Translations under genes and position numbers: made by a program
Notes under the pieces: model-generated
What the model saw: the letters and a program-made list of their open reading frames with translations, nothing else
Databases searched by the model: none
Told to the model about the DNA's origin: nothing
Part shown: piece by piece, positions 1 through 19,100 of the stretch
How the letters are laid out: each line of letters begins with the position of its first letter
Position numbering within the stretch: position 1 is the stretch's first letter
Assembly: GCF_036321535.1 (NCBI RefSeq)
Contig: NC_087447.1
Location: 38,318,001-38,382,000, forward strand
Reading direction: 5' to 3'
From: Camelus dromedarius
Lineage: Eukaryota
Length of the DNA stretch: 64,000 nt

Positions 1-655
1 CATGCACATAAACAATACAAAGCAACATAAAAGTGCATATCCATTTCTTGTTTATCCTCTTGGCTTTAATAGTTAGGCATGAATTTTCTTTTCCCCAGTG
101 TTATACTTGCTTCAGTCTTGTCAGGTTTAACAGTGAGACTCAACAGTCTAGTGTCCAGTATCTCCTCTAGAGTGCTGCTTATGGATAGACATAACTTTGG
201 CAGGAGCATGTTAACAATGTCCTAGTGTGGATTCTGTTTCTTGTAATTGCTCTGTTAGGGAAATTTTTGTCAGCTTTCAAGAAAAAAGCATAGTAGTTAT
301 TCTTTTTGCTAGTTCAAGACATGGAATTAAGACAGTCTTGTGGACAGTGGGAAGGGTGAAAGAAGAGAGACTGCTCTTTTTCTCTTGCTCAGCCTTCTCC
401 ATAAAGTGCTCTAAGACAAAGGTTAATCTAGAGCTAAGGAACATTTTAGTCATAAACATAGGTAAGAGTGTGGTAAGTTTAAGGTTAGTCACTTTTCAAT
501 AACAGAATGCTTTAAATTTAGAAGGAGAGTTAGTATAAAAATGCATCGTTGTGGCCAGGTCTTTATGGTTCCCTTATATGGGTGTAATTCATGTAAATGT
601 CTGGAAGAAAGCAAAAAGAAATCGAATTACTTTATTTAGATTAGAATAACTCTGA

Positions 656-7926
<7,271 letters not shown>

Positions 7927-8214
7927 ATGATAGATCAGTCTATATATGGATTATCAAACATGTAAGAATGCAGGAATACATACTGAGGACAGTAATCTAT
8001 ACTTTGAACCAAAAGATGCAGAATGGTGGAATGGTATGTTTTAGCAATCAGTCCAGAAGTGAGTTTTTTCCAAGCAACTTTACTGAAACCATACAATGGG
8101 GTGCATTTTTCTTTAAGAGGGTCTATATAATCATTTTCTAGAAAGTATAGCTATCTGTACTAATGTTTTTATATGGAGAACATAGTGTCTTTGTGGTTTT
8201 AAAGACAACTGTGA

Positions 8215-8220
8215 AATAAA
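8215..8220 (+). terminator. PSMA1: PSMA1 polyadenylation signal AATAAA
   Basis: AATAAA ~290 nt after the stop, followed by a GT/T-rich downstream element (tgtattgggtttttgtttc). Confidence 0.8.
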
Positions 8221-8551
8221 ATTGTTTTACCTGCTGATGTATTGGGTTTTTGTTTCTTAAGTAACTTCAACTGTAAATAGTAGTCTGAGATTCCAACTGT
8301 GTCATCATGTGTGGTCATCATGTTTTCCAAATTAAATTGTCTTGTATTTTGTGACAGGAGAAATAATACCTCTTATCTATAACAACCTTATAGTAATTCC
8401 CCAATGTATAGACTGCCTGCATGAGAATCCATGGTGATTTGGTTCAGAATACAAATTTCAGTATTCAACCTTGGATATTCTGATTAAAACCTAAGAAACC
8501 ACCACTTTCTAACAATAGTGGTAAGATTAATTTATGAGTGATTTTTCTTTC

Positions 8552-8570
8552 CGTCCAGCAGATGGCAGTA
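8552..8570 (+). promoter_or_regulatory. Candidate CTCF binding site between PSMA1 and COPB1
   Basis: CGTCCAGCAGATGGCAGTA fits the CTCF core CCASYAGRKGGCRS. Confidence 0.65.
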
Positions 8571-8781
8571 GTACCATCTGTGGTCTCAGTGTAGGGAATT
8601 TTTGCAAAAATAACAAAAGGGAAATTTTAATCCCAAACCATCATTTCTTCTTATTCTGCCCAGCCCCACTCCAGCATAATCTTTAGGCTGCCTCAGTTAT
8701 TCCTCTGAGCTGTGTATGTAGATACAGCAGTACAATTTTTATCTTAGGTCATGCAAAATGAAATTAGAAGACATTTGATTT

Positions 8782-8839
8782 ATTTTCTGTCTGGAAGATC
8801 TGTCTAGTGATGTTAATGCAGTGTTAAAATCTCTGGCAA
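8782..8839 (-). mobile_element. 58-bp internal L1 ORF2 endonuclease-domain fragment with 17-bp TSD and no poly(A)
   Basis: The minus strand translates RDFNTALTSLDRSSRQK (L1 EN GDFNTPL..LDRS.RQK motif). Exact direct repeat TAGAAGACATTTGATTT at 8765-8781 and 8840-8856. Confidence 0.85.
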
Positions 8840-9464
8840 TAGAAGACATTTGATTTAAAAAACAAAGCCTATAATCCAGAATTTTGCTGCTAAGAAGCCT
8901 AGAGGAGTTAATTTTACTTTCTGAGATTCCTAACTTTCTAGAGAGGAACAGTTCCTTTATAGGTAGGGAACTTGGATTTTAGACCTAATTCTACTATTAG
9001 CTGCTGTTGGCTTTAAGGAAGTTATTTAGCCCTGTTTTAAGGAAATTCTTTGGAGAATTATGAAATTTAAGGGGGAGGACTTATGTGAAACTTAGTAGGA
9101 TTAAATCTCTCTTGTGACTTCTTGAAGGGAGAATGGTAAGAGAAACTCTGGCCACCTTGTTGAAAGAAAGACCTCTGACTAAATATAGGAAAGTGGAGAT
9201 GTTGGTCTCCACTCTGAAAATAATCTTGAATCTGCCATTTGAGTGTGGGATGAGGCCATACGTACCATTTGACCTACAATGGAGTTGCATCCAGCACCTG
9301 TAACTCACAAACACAGATCAGTGAAAGAGGGAGTCCTTCCACCTGCCTTCAGACTCAGTAGGAGCATGAGTGGGAAATTTCATAATCTGTTGTTTCCTCA
9401 GGCAGATTTTGCCCTGTGACTTTCACTGTGTGAACCTCTGTTTTTGTTGAATGATTTTATTGTT

Positions 9465-9468
<4 letters not shown>

Positions 9469-9496
<28 letters not shown>
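9469..9496. repeat. (TG)14 microsatellite
   Basis: Direct read. Confidence 0.95.
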
Positions 9497-9500
<4 letters not shown>

Positions 9501-10362
9501 TTCTGTACCTGTTCCTTAAATATAAACCAATTACTGACTGGCACTCAGCTGAGAAAAAAATTAAAATTTTAGTAATTTTTTCAATATGTAATTTTAGTCT
9601 TACACACTGACTTTAGAACTTAAAATCCTCCCCACAGCAGTAAGATTCAGCTCCACTCTGTACAGAGTTCATTGTGATACCTTTTCATGTTTTGTCTTGT
9701 GCTTTATACTTGGTCATTCTGTTTGTGTTAAACAATAAAACTCCTAGTAATGTCCTTTCATAAAACCTATCACTTTGATAAAAAGATAACATTAATTCAC
9801 TTGGAATTTATTAGGCATAAATTTATATGTGCAACTTTGAAGAACTGGTATAGTTAAAAATAAGAGGCAGTAAAGTAGGTGACAGGATTCAGTTTCTCAC
9901 CCCAGTTTTTTCAGTGCTTAACCATTTTGAGTTTTTGGGCAAGTCCCTTTTCTCTAGGCCTTGATTTCTTAGACATATAAATTTTTGATTCTTGGTATAT
10001 TGTTCTCAAATAATTTATAAATTAAAAAGTATTCAAAATGGTATAATTACATGCTAGAGTAAAAATAAGTTCCAAGACAAAGTGCCTGTTATGAGAAGTG
10101 AGGAAGAATTGAGCTATAAGATCCTGATAATCTGTTCAACAAGTTCTGTATTTAAGAATATACAGTAATTTAGACTGCTAATGACTATTTCAGTGCACAT
10201 CCAAACTGTTGAGCTTTCTTACTGCTAAGTCTAGCTTTTATGCATTTTGGGGCCTCATTTCATGCTGATAGGTTGTCACTCCTTGATAAGTGGGCTTGGA
10301 AACCAGGTAACTGCATTTGTGAAAATTCCATATTAAAAATGGAGATAGGAAAAAAAAATGAA

Positions 10363-10598
10363 GATAGAACTTATGGTTACCAGGGGAGTAAGGGGGTGTG
10401 GAGGGATAAAGTGGGACTTCGGGGTTTGCAGATAATATTATATACAAAATAGATTAACAATGAGGCCATACTGTATAGCATAGAGAATTATGTAATAACC
10501 TATAATGAAAAAATATGAAAAGGAATATATAGTAGTGAATCACTATGCTGTACACTAGAATTAATACAACATAGTAAACTGAGTATAATTTAAAAAAA
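10363..10598 (+). mobile_element. L1 3' UTR fragment (artiodactyl-type)
   Basis: aacttatggttaccagggg...ctgtatagcatagagaa...tgaatcactatgctgtacac...A-tail. Confidence 0.75.
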
Positions 10599-10609
10599 GA
10601 CAGAAATGG

Positions 10610-11072
10610 AACAGTTGTACACACAGTTTGGGTTGATCTCAAGGGAATTATGCTGAGTGAAAAAAAGCCAATCTCAAAAGGTTACATTGTATAATTTATG
10701 TTACATCCTTGAGATGACAAAGTTATGGAGATGAAGAACAGGTTAGTAGTTGCCAAGGGTTAGGGAGGGAAGTGACCATTACTATAAAAGGATAGGAGAG
10801 AGCTTTGTAATGGAATTGTTCTGTATCTTGACTAGGATGATTGCATGAAATAAACATAGTAAAATTGCCTATAACTAAATATACAGTGCACATAAAACTG
10901 CTGAAATCTGAATAAGAACCAGTGAATTGTATCAATGTTAATTTCCTGGATTTGATATTGTACTGTAATTATGCAAGATTTTACCATTGGGAGAAACTAG
11001 GTAAAGAGTATATAGAGGATCTCTGTATTTATGTCACTTTATAATTATCTGAAGACAAATAGCTTTAATAAA
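10610..11072 (+). mobile_element. Old L1 (L1MC/MD-like) 3' end
   Basis: gatctcaagggaattatgctgagtgaaaaaagccaatctcaaaaggttac...ttaccattgggagaaactagg. Confidence 0.7.
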
Positions 11073-11989
11073 ATGAATGTACAGGATTTGAAGAGCATGT
11101 GGCCTATGAGATCTATTTTGGGTTCTCAAAGAATTTGTTTTTTGCTTGATGTTTCCAAAAAAAAGAAACCTTAAAAGAGCTGGATTCTAAATAGATGAGG
11201 CATTACTTGTGTTCTATCTCCCTAATTGGGGTGAGCCTGTTAAGGTCAGGTTCTGTCAAACTTTTTGTATTGACGGTATTTTGCTTAAGGCTTCAAATAA
11301 AATTTTTATTAATAATTGGCCAGAAAACCCTTTTTTGGGGGGGTAGGGGAGATAGGGATATGTAACTTAAGTGGACAAAACCACAGCTACTGTGGCGGAT
11401 TGTAGCAGTAACAGGGCTTTGGAGATAGGTAAAATCCTTTAAAACTGACTGTCAGTCTACCTTTACGCATAAAAATGTTTTAATCTTGCTGCTTGTAAAG
11501 GATCATGAAAGGGACCGTGACTAATTGAAGACCAGAAGTCATACCAGTGCGACTTTGATGTTCAAGCAACTCCACACTAACTACAGAGGCAGAGATTCAG
11601 ACTATGGCCTTAAGAACTGAAATGGATCGTCAGATAATCCAGTGTCTCTTATCAGAAGAACTTAAGTTACTTTCTCAAATAGCATTTAGCTTATTAGTGG
11701 ATGAGCAGAAAAGGGCTTCCAGGTCTCAGTCTAGCGTTCTTTTCCACTGGGCCACACAGTCCTGTAAAATGTTCCCCCCCCCCCCCCCTCTTCTCCAAGC
11801 ACTTCCTCTCCTTGGCTGTTTCAGTTCCTGGAAGAAAAAAACCAATTTCTAGTTAACTTTTAAATGACTACAGCGCTTAATTCAGGCTTGCAGGGAAAAA
11901 GTAATAAATATATGTTTCCAGTCCCCTTTGCGGCCTAAACCAGCAGCAGACCAAAGAGGAAGAAACTCAGCTCCTTTTTAATTAGAAAA

Positions 11990-12432
11990 CTGTTGAAACA
12001 TACTTGCGGCGCGCAGGCGCAGGTCGGAGGAGGCATGTCCTGTCTGAGTTGCCGTAGGGGCTAGGTGGCTGTGGCCTCGGCCGTCTCCCCACCCCCTTCC
12101 ACGTCAGCCAAGGACTCTGCGGAGCCGCCGCTGTTGCTGCGGGTCGGAGCCGGAGTAGACGGGCCCGCTGTTGCCCCAGCTGCAGCCCCTCGGAGTCAGG
12201 TAGCGGGCCACAAGCCCCCAATCCCTGAGGCTTATGCTGGGCTGGGCTGAGTCGGAGGAATTGGCTCTAGCGGGAAGATTCGGAAGGGGAGCGACTAGGC
12301 CGCTAACGTCCGGGCCTGGCGAAGAGGAACGCGGGGCTGGGAAGCTCTGAGTCCGACGCCCCATCCCGGCCTGCATACTGGGCAGGGGTCTTCTCACTCC
12401 CAGGCCCCCGGGCCTCTCCATTCTGGGCCGGG

Positions 12433-12486
<54 letters not shown>

Positions 12487-12620
12487 CGGGGAAAGGGCGT
12501 GGAGGTACAGAGTACCGTTTGAGAGACGCACGTTCACAAGTTCGGGTCCCACAGATGAACTCGATAAAGCTCTTTAAGGTTTTCAGCAGCGTATTCGTGC
12601 ACGGGGGTCTCTTAACGTTA
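11990..12620 (+). promoter_or_regulatory. COPB1: CpG-island promoter and non-coding exon 1 region of COPB1
   Basis: Only clearly CpG-dense, GC-rich segment of the window, ~0.4-1 kb upstream of the ATG exon. NRF1-like GCGCAGGCGCA (12011-12021), CCACGTCA (12099-12106), candidate exon-1 donor CAG|GTAGCG at 12199/12200. TSS cannot be determined from sequence. Confidence 0.85.
12433..12484. repeat. (GCTT)13 tetranucleotide microsatellite in the COPB1 CpG island
   Basis: Direct read, perfect units. Confidence 0.95.
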
Positions 12621-13038
12621 GCGGTTCATTTTGTATATTATGTTTAAAATCACTTTTGTAACGTCATGGGGTGACACTGTCACTATATTGTCACTGTATT
12701 TAATTCTACAGTACTGCATTCTAAACCCTGGGCGGGGTTGTGGGGTGGGAGGTGATGTACCTTAGGCCAAGGCTGACAAGTGTGTGCGTGTGTGTGTTTG
12801 TGTTTTAATTATATCAGGATCTATTTTTATGGGACACAATATAGATTGACCCTCCTCTTCTAATACTTAAAAATTCATAAGCCAAACTGAATGATTTTTA
12901 GACAGGAAATATCACAATAGCTACTGGTTGTGGTTTTGGGTTTTCACTTGTAATGATATCGTTGCATTTATTTTTCTAGATTTTTTGGCATCTGTTATCT
13001 TTAAGTCTTGCCTCAAGGGTTGGCAATAACCGGAAACC

Positions 13039-13129
13039 ATGACGGCTGCCGAGAACGTATGCTATACGTTAATTAATGTGCCAATGGATTCAGAACCACC
13101 GTCTGAAATTAGCTTAAAAAATGATCTAG
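13039..13129 (+). CDS. COPB1: COPB1 exon 2 coding part (exon starts at 12980)
   Basis: tctag|ATTTTTTGG...aaaccATGACG...GAT CTA G|gtaaac; [30 protein letters not shown]. Confidence 0.97.
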
Positions 13130-16100
13130 GTAAACTTTGATAATATTTTGAGAATGAAATGAAAATAAAAAGCTCATTTGCTTTTCCAGTTTCTTTGTAA
13201 TTAGAAATGCTTAACTTTTGTCTAAATTTTTTTTTCTTTAGTCTCTTCAATAGAGTTTTGTCTTATTAAAAACGAAAATTTATTACCTTTAGATTGTAGT
13301 ATTGGTTTTTGGAAATAAAATAACATCTCAGTTTAGCTTATAACATGATGGGGTGGAGCTAATGAAATGTAATGGTTTAGTTTTTAGATATTTCTCAAAA
13401 TAACGTAATGGCTTGTTTAACTGTAGCTGACAATTCTAAGTAAGGAACAGGTATTTAAATGTTTTAGTTCCTCTGTGCAGTTAGCTTCGTATTACCTGTA
13501 CAACCAAAAGAACTTTGTTCGTTGGTTTCACCACATGTTGTACAAATGAAGTCAACACTGGAATGCGTGTATATTTTCCAGAAAAATTTAAACTTTTTAA
13601 AGCATTTTTGCAAAGAAGAAAACAAAAACTATATTTATGAATTTTAAAAGTGTATACTGTGTCTCCTTTCTGTGAGTGATTATGTCAAGAAAAATTTTTT
13701 AAGTAATGCACATTCCAAAATAATAATTCTTGTTTAATGGAACTACTAAAAATAAATTTAACCTAAACTGGTAATTACTGTTTAAAACAGAGCAGGAAGA
13801 AAATTATGCTTCAGATCCTGAGAGGATCTTTTAGAAGATAGCTTGCAGTTTAAAAGGAGACAGTATTTTACTTGAATATTCCCACCTCTCAATCAGCAGT
13901 AATGGAATACCTCCTGATTTTAGGTTACTTAATATTAGGTTTCTATTGGGGTTTATTTTGAGAGAAGGAAAAGGAAAACTTTTTTAATAGCATTTAAACT
14001 GATGTCCTTAGTTTACAAAAGCTGCATGTACTGTACTGCTTTTTTTTTTTCATAGTTGTATAAGATAGTAGAATGGAATGCAAATTAATGAATAAACTTT
14101 CAATACTGTTTTTTTCTTATAATTAAAAAGTTTTCATTTAAAAATCTCCAAAATACTTAAGTTTATTGCTGGGAAGGTAAAGAACAAAACCTGTCCTTAA
14201 TTATAAAAATATCCTTTTCTTAACCTTCCCACCACCTACCAATAAATAAATAAGTAGTCTTGAATTTTATGTGTATTTTTTACTTTATCTCAAAAGGGTT
14301 GAGATTAGAAAAAGTTTAGAAGTAGTTTCCAATTTGAATGACAAATAACTTTTGTTCTCTTTACCTACAATTTTCTTTACCTTTAATCATTGGATATGAG
14401 CCCTGATGAGTATATATTCCCTGGAGTAGAAAGTACTTAGTATATTTTGGTGAACTGAATTGATACTTGAAATTTTTCGTATTTTTGAAGTTCTGAAAAT
14501 TTTTAAGATGTGGAAAGAAGCATTCGTCACCTTAATTTGAATTGTTAGAATAAATGGAAATTGAAGTGGAGGGGCCTGAAGTAAATGGTGTCAATATTTT
14601 ACAAGTTTGCTAATAAACTTACTTTTGAAACTTTTTAACCTTTAGTTATAAGTGGCCTTTTATCCTGCTAAACTTTTAGGATTTGCTAATTTGTGACTAG
14701 TAGCCCAGAACTGGAACAAAAAGAAACCATCAGCATTTTAGTAATAAACTTTTATGCCTTTTGGACCTTGTGTCCTTTACATGATCAAATGGATGAGAAG
14801 GAAAAAAAATTTTTTTTTAATTTACAAAAGAAACTTTGGGACAAAGAGAGGAAAACCTGTTTAGGCTCAGTGAGTACAACTTTAGCCACTTAGAACTTTG
14901 CCTGGTCTGTCTTATTTCATGGTTTTGTAGTATTTTCATCTTTCCTGATGCTTTATTTTTGTCACCCTCACAGACTTAAAAACTGAAGTTTTGTCCAGAC
15001 TGATACTTTATCCTTTTACATTTGTTCATTTCTTGATTTGATATGACACACAACAGTTTTTTTTTTTAAATATGTGGCAGAAGATATAATAATCTGAAGC
15101 GTGGAGAGATATGTGAGAAGTTAGTCCATTTTAAACAAAAATATGTTCCCTTGTGGGATAAATTTGGCAATAACCCTCACTATGTTCGCACTCCAAATAC
15201 CTGAGGATATTCTCTATTCTGCAACGTGTTAAAAATACCATATCAAGTTAGTAACAGATGTATAGCCTTTGGTGGATAGTAAGAACTTTTGATTTACTTA
15301 GTAAAATTCTTCTGAAGCTTAAATCCTTCCTATAACTTCACCAACTAGTCATTCAGAGTCTGTGTCTCTTTGGTATATCAAAATATATACAAGGAACTAT
15401 TTAATAGTCACATATGTTCAAATTGTTGAAAATTTACTTCTGGTTTTTTTCCTCTTGATTATTAAAGACTTTTGTCATCCCTCTACATCCTTCCCTCTCT
15501 TAGATGTTTATTTTTATGATCTAAACAATTGTAGTAGCAGTGTGTTTGTCTCGTATTTCTACCTTAAATTTTGGATCCAAAGGATATTTAATATATACCA
15601 TAAATTCATCAGTATTCAGGGTGCTTGTCTTTATATTTCTACCTTTGAATTTTGGATCCAAAAGATTTTTACCATAAATTCTTAAGTATGCAGTGATAAT
15701 GATGTGAAATTATAGATTGCTTCACATAGCACATAGCAGATATTTTTAGGCTAAGTATCAGTAAACTAGCATTTTATCTTAAATGTATATGTAATCTTTA
15801 ACTCTAAATAATGGTCACTAATCCAGTATATTTTAACTTTCTTCCAGTTTTTTTAGGTAATTTTTTTTCCTGTTTTATGTTTATTGAATGATTCTTTAAA
15901 TTCTGTAGTGCATCACAGTTTTCAAAAGTTTCACACATAATTTCAATAATCGTATAATAAACCTTTCTTTTCCCTACCCCTGTATTGCCCCTCCCCCTTT
16001 CCTCTCCCCAGTGGTGACCACTAGTTTGTTCTCTGTATTTATGAGTCTGCTTCTTTTTTGTTTTATTCACTAGTTTGTTGTATTTTTTAAATTCCACGTG

Positions 16101-19100
16101 TAAGTGATACCATAAAGTATTCGTCTTTGTCTTATTTCACTAAGCATAATACCCTCTAAGTCCATCCATGTTGCTGCATATGGCAAAATTTTCATTCTTT
16201 TTTATGGCTGAGTAGTATTCCATGGTATATATTTATATGCTGCATCTTCTTTATCCATTCATCTGTTGATGGACATTTAGGTTTCTTCCATGTCTTGACA
16301 ATTGTAAATAATGCTGCAATGAACATTGAAGTGCATGTATCTTTGAATTAGAGTTTCTGATTTTTTTGGATATGTACCCAGGAGTGAAATTGCTGCATCA
16401 TATGGTAGTTCTATTTTTAGTTTTTTTGAAAAACCTCCAACCTATTTTCTACAGTGGCTGTATCAGTTTACATTCCCACCTAGGTAATTTATTAAGAAAG
16501 ATTCTAAAGCTTTATAGCCTGTAGAAATGTGATAAGATTTTGTGATTAATCTAGTCTATTAATTCCCAACCTTTTTGAATTTGGGGTTCTTCCTAATGTT
16601 GAAAACATGTCACTGATACCCACCCCAACATCCCTTGATAGTGATTGTAACTTCAATTGAGAAAATACACACTGAATAAGCTACTGTGAATTGAGAAGTA
16701 CTTAAATTTTGAAAAATAGTTACATGTGTGTTTGAGATATACATTTTTTGGTATACCTGTAGATTCATACCCTCTGCATTAACTCCATAGGTTAGGAACC
16801 AAAGATCTATTCAGTGCCTATGCATCATGTGTAAAGAATCATGAGGTTCAGAGGTAAATGACTTGTATAAAGTCATATAGCTTGTTTTTGGCAGAGCCAG
16901 GTGGAGAACTCTTGTCATTTGGGTTAGTACCTTTATTAACATTGCCACTGATAAAGTGAGAAAATATTTTATTTTGCTAATTGCTTTTAAATTTTTCTGA
17001 AGAGTTTTTTTTTAAATAATTTTGTGCTTTTTTTTTTTTGAATTTTTGAATCAGAAAAAGGAGATGTGAAGTCAAAGACTGAAGCTTTGAAGAAAGTAAT
17101 CATTATGATTCTAAATGGTGAAAAGCTTCCTGGGCTTCTGATGACCATCATTCGCTTTGTGCTACCTCTCCAGGATCACACCATCAAAAAATTACTTCTG
17201 GTATTTTGGGAGATTGTTCCTAAAACAACTCCAGACGGGAGACTTTTACATGAAATGATCCTTGTATGTGATGCATATAGAAAGGTAAACCAAACCCTAA
17301 CTATTTCTGAATATTGCTTTAATTTAAAATAATTGTAAACTTGATGGAATGGGCTTTGTTTTAACTTTTTTAAACTAAATCTTGGATTAGATGTTAGTTG
17401 TAGATATTTGGAACTAAAGTTGTGAAAAATTGTGTCATTACTCTTCACATATTTTCCATGCATTTTTATGTGTTATTAATAAAAACAGTGACATATAGAA
17501 TATAAGACATTGATGTGATAAGTAAAAATTGCTTTAATCAATAGAAATCTGATGGAAACTGTATAATAATCTAAGTCTTTTTCCTCAAATCTACTTTCTG
17601 GTTTTTTTTTAATTTGAAAATTTAGTATTTAAAAATTACATATTTTTTAAAATGCTGGAGCTCAACATTTCATATTTAAATTTTTTATCAGGATCTTCAG
17701 CATCCTAATGAATTTATTCGAGGATCTACTCTTCGTTTTCTTTGCAAATTGAAAGAGGCAGAATTGCTGGAACCTTTAATGCCAGCTATCCGCGCTTGTT
17801 TGGAGCACCGACACAGCTATGTTAGAAGAAATGCCGTTTTGGCCATCTATACTATCTATAGGTAAATAATGGTTCTTCTTTGTCTTAGCCCTGTGGGTAT
17901 TGTTTAGTCTTTTAGACTAGGGATTCCGAAGTGATTCAGTGCAGATTATGTGTAGCTTGCAAATATGCTTTATTTAGCCTGAACATTTTTTCCTTATTAT
18001 CATTAAGTTGTTAACATTGAAAAGTCAAAAGATGTGGCAACACTGGGTCCTGTTTTCTGCATGACACAGTCTGCTGAAAGTGAATGGCAGGGGCCCCTTT
18101 AAACAGGTTGTACGCGTTCTAGTTTAGACCAGTGTCTGTCATTCTCAGTTGTAGTACTCCAGCCCGCTTAATTAATCTATTAACTTGCTTAACCCGTAGC
18201 TATGAGATTTTGACCATTTTTTAGATTTCTCTTTTTGTGGAATGTGGGTCTTCTCTTTTTACACTTAGAGGCCTTAAGGAGGAAACTTTAATGGGAAGGG
18301 TTGCAATTCTCAACTGATTCCTGTTCTTAGAAAGCTGAAGATTTTGGACTTCAAAGGCAATTCAAAAGATGAATTAGATGAGGCTGGAATGTTTGGTTTT
18401 TACAATCACTGGTGTCAATCTATTTAGAAGTAGGATGTAATTTTTATGAACATTTTTGTACTCTTAATAGTTGATTGTTAATTTCGTAGCTCTCTTACTG
18501 TTATATTAGCTTTTGTTGTCTATTAGGGGAAGTGGTATTCTGGTTAATAATGTAGAGTTCTTTGAAAGTTACCATACAGATTACATAAATTTCAGAATTT
18601 AAACTATAGTACACACACAAAAATCATGACATTTATAAGACAATTGGAAATTTGAACAGTTTATCTGATGATAGTAAGGAATGGTTAAAAATTTTAAGAT
18701 ATGATAGTGGTACTAATAGTTTAAAAAAGAAAGAGTCTTAATTTTAGAGATGCCTACTGATACAGAAGAAATGAGTGGTCTGAAATTTGCTTCAAAGTAA
18801 CATGGGAGGAGAGTAAGTGGGCAGAGATAGGTGAAACAGAAATGACTATGAATTAATCATTAAAGCTAGGTGATGGTTTTTGTTAATCTGCTGTTCATTA
18901 TTCTGTATACTAAAAATACTTTCAATTTTCACAATAAGTTACTAAATAAGTAAATAAATACAGTGTATATTCAATAAAATTCAAGGGACTATTTTTACCC
19001 TGATAATTCTTAATGAAGGATCTTTCAGTACCTTGAGGTTGTCATTTTGAGCATCAATATTATATTCCTAAAGTATATGAAAGAATTGTTAGTTATTCCA

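Noticed and set aside
227..502. 91-aa and 71-aa ORFs at the window start
   Set aside because: Intronic to PSMA1, no recognisable similarity or exon structure; expected by chance.
11982..12647. Several 61-105 aa ORFs over the CpG island, including LACL repeats
   Set aside because: High GC depletes stop codons, and the LACL repeat is just the (GCTT)n microsatellite.
15362..15685. 107-aa hydrophobic ORF with internal repeat
   Set aside because: AT-rich intron with a tandem duplication and a non-ATG start; no coding signature.
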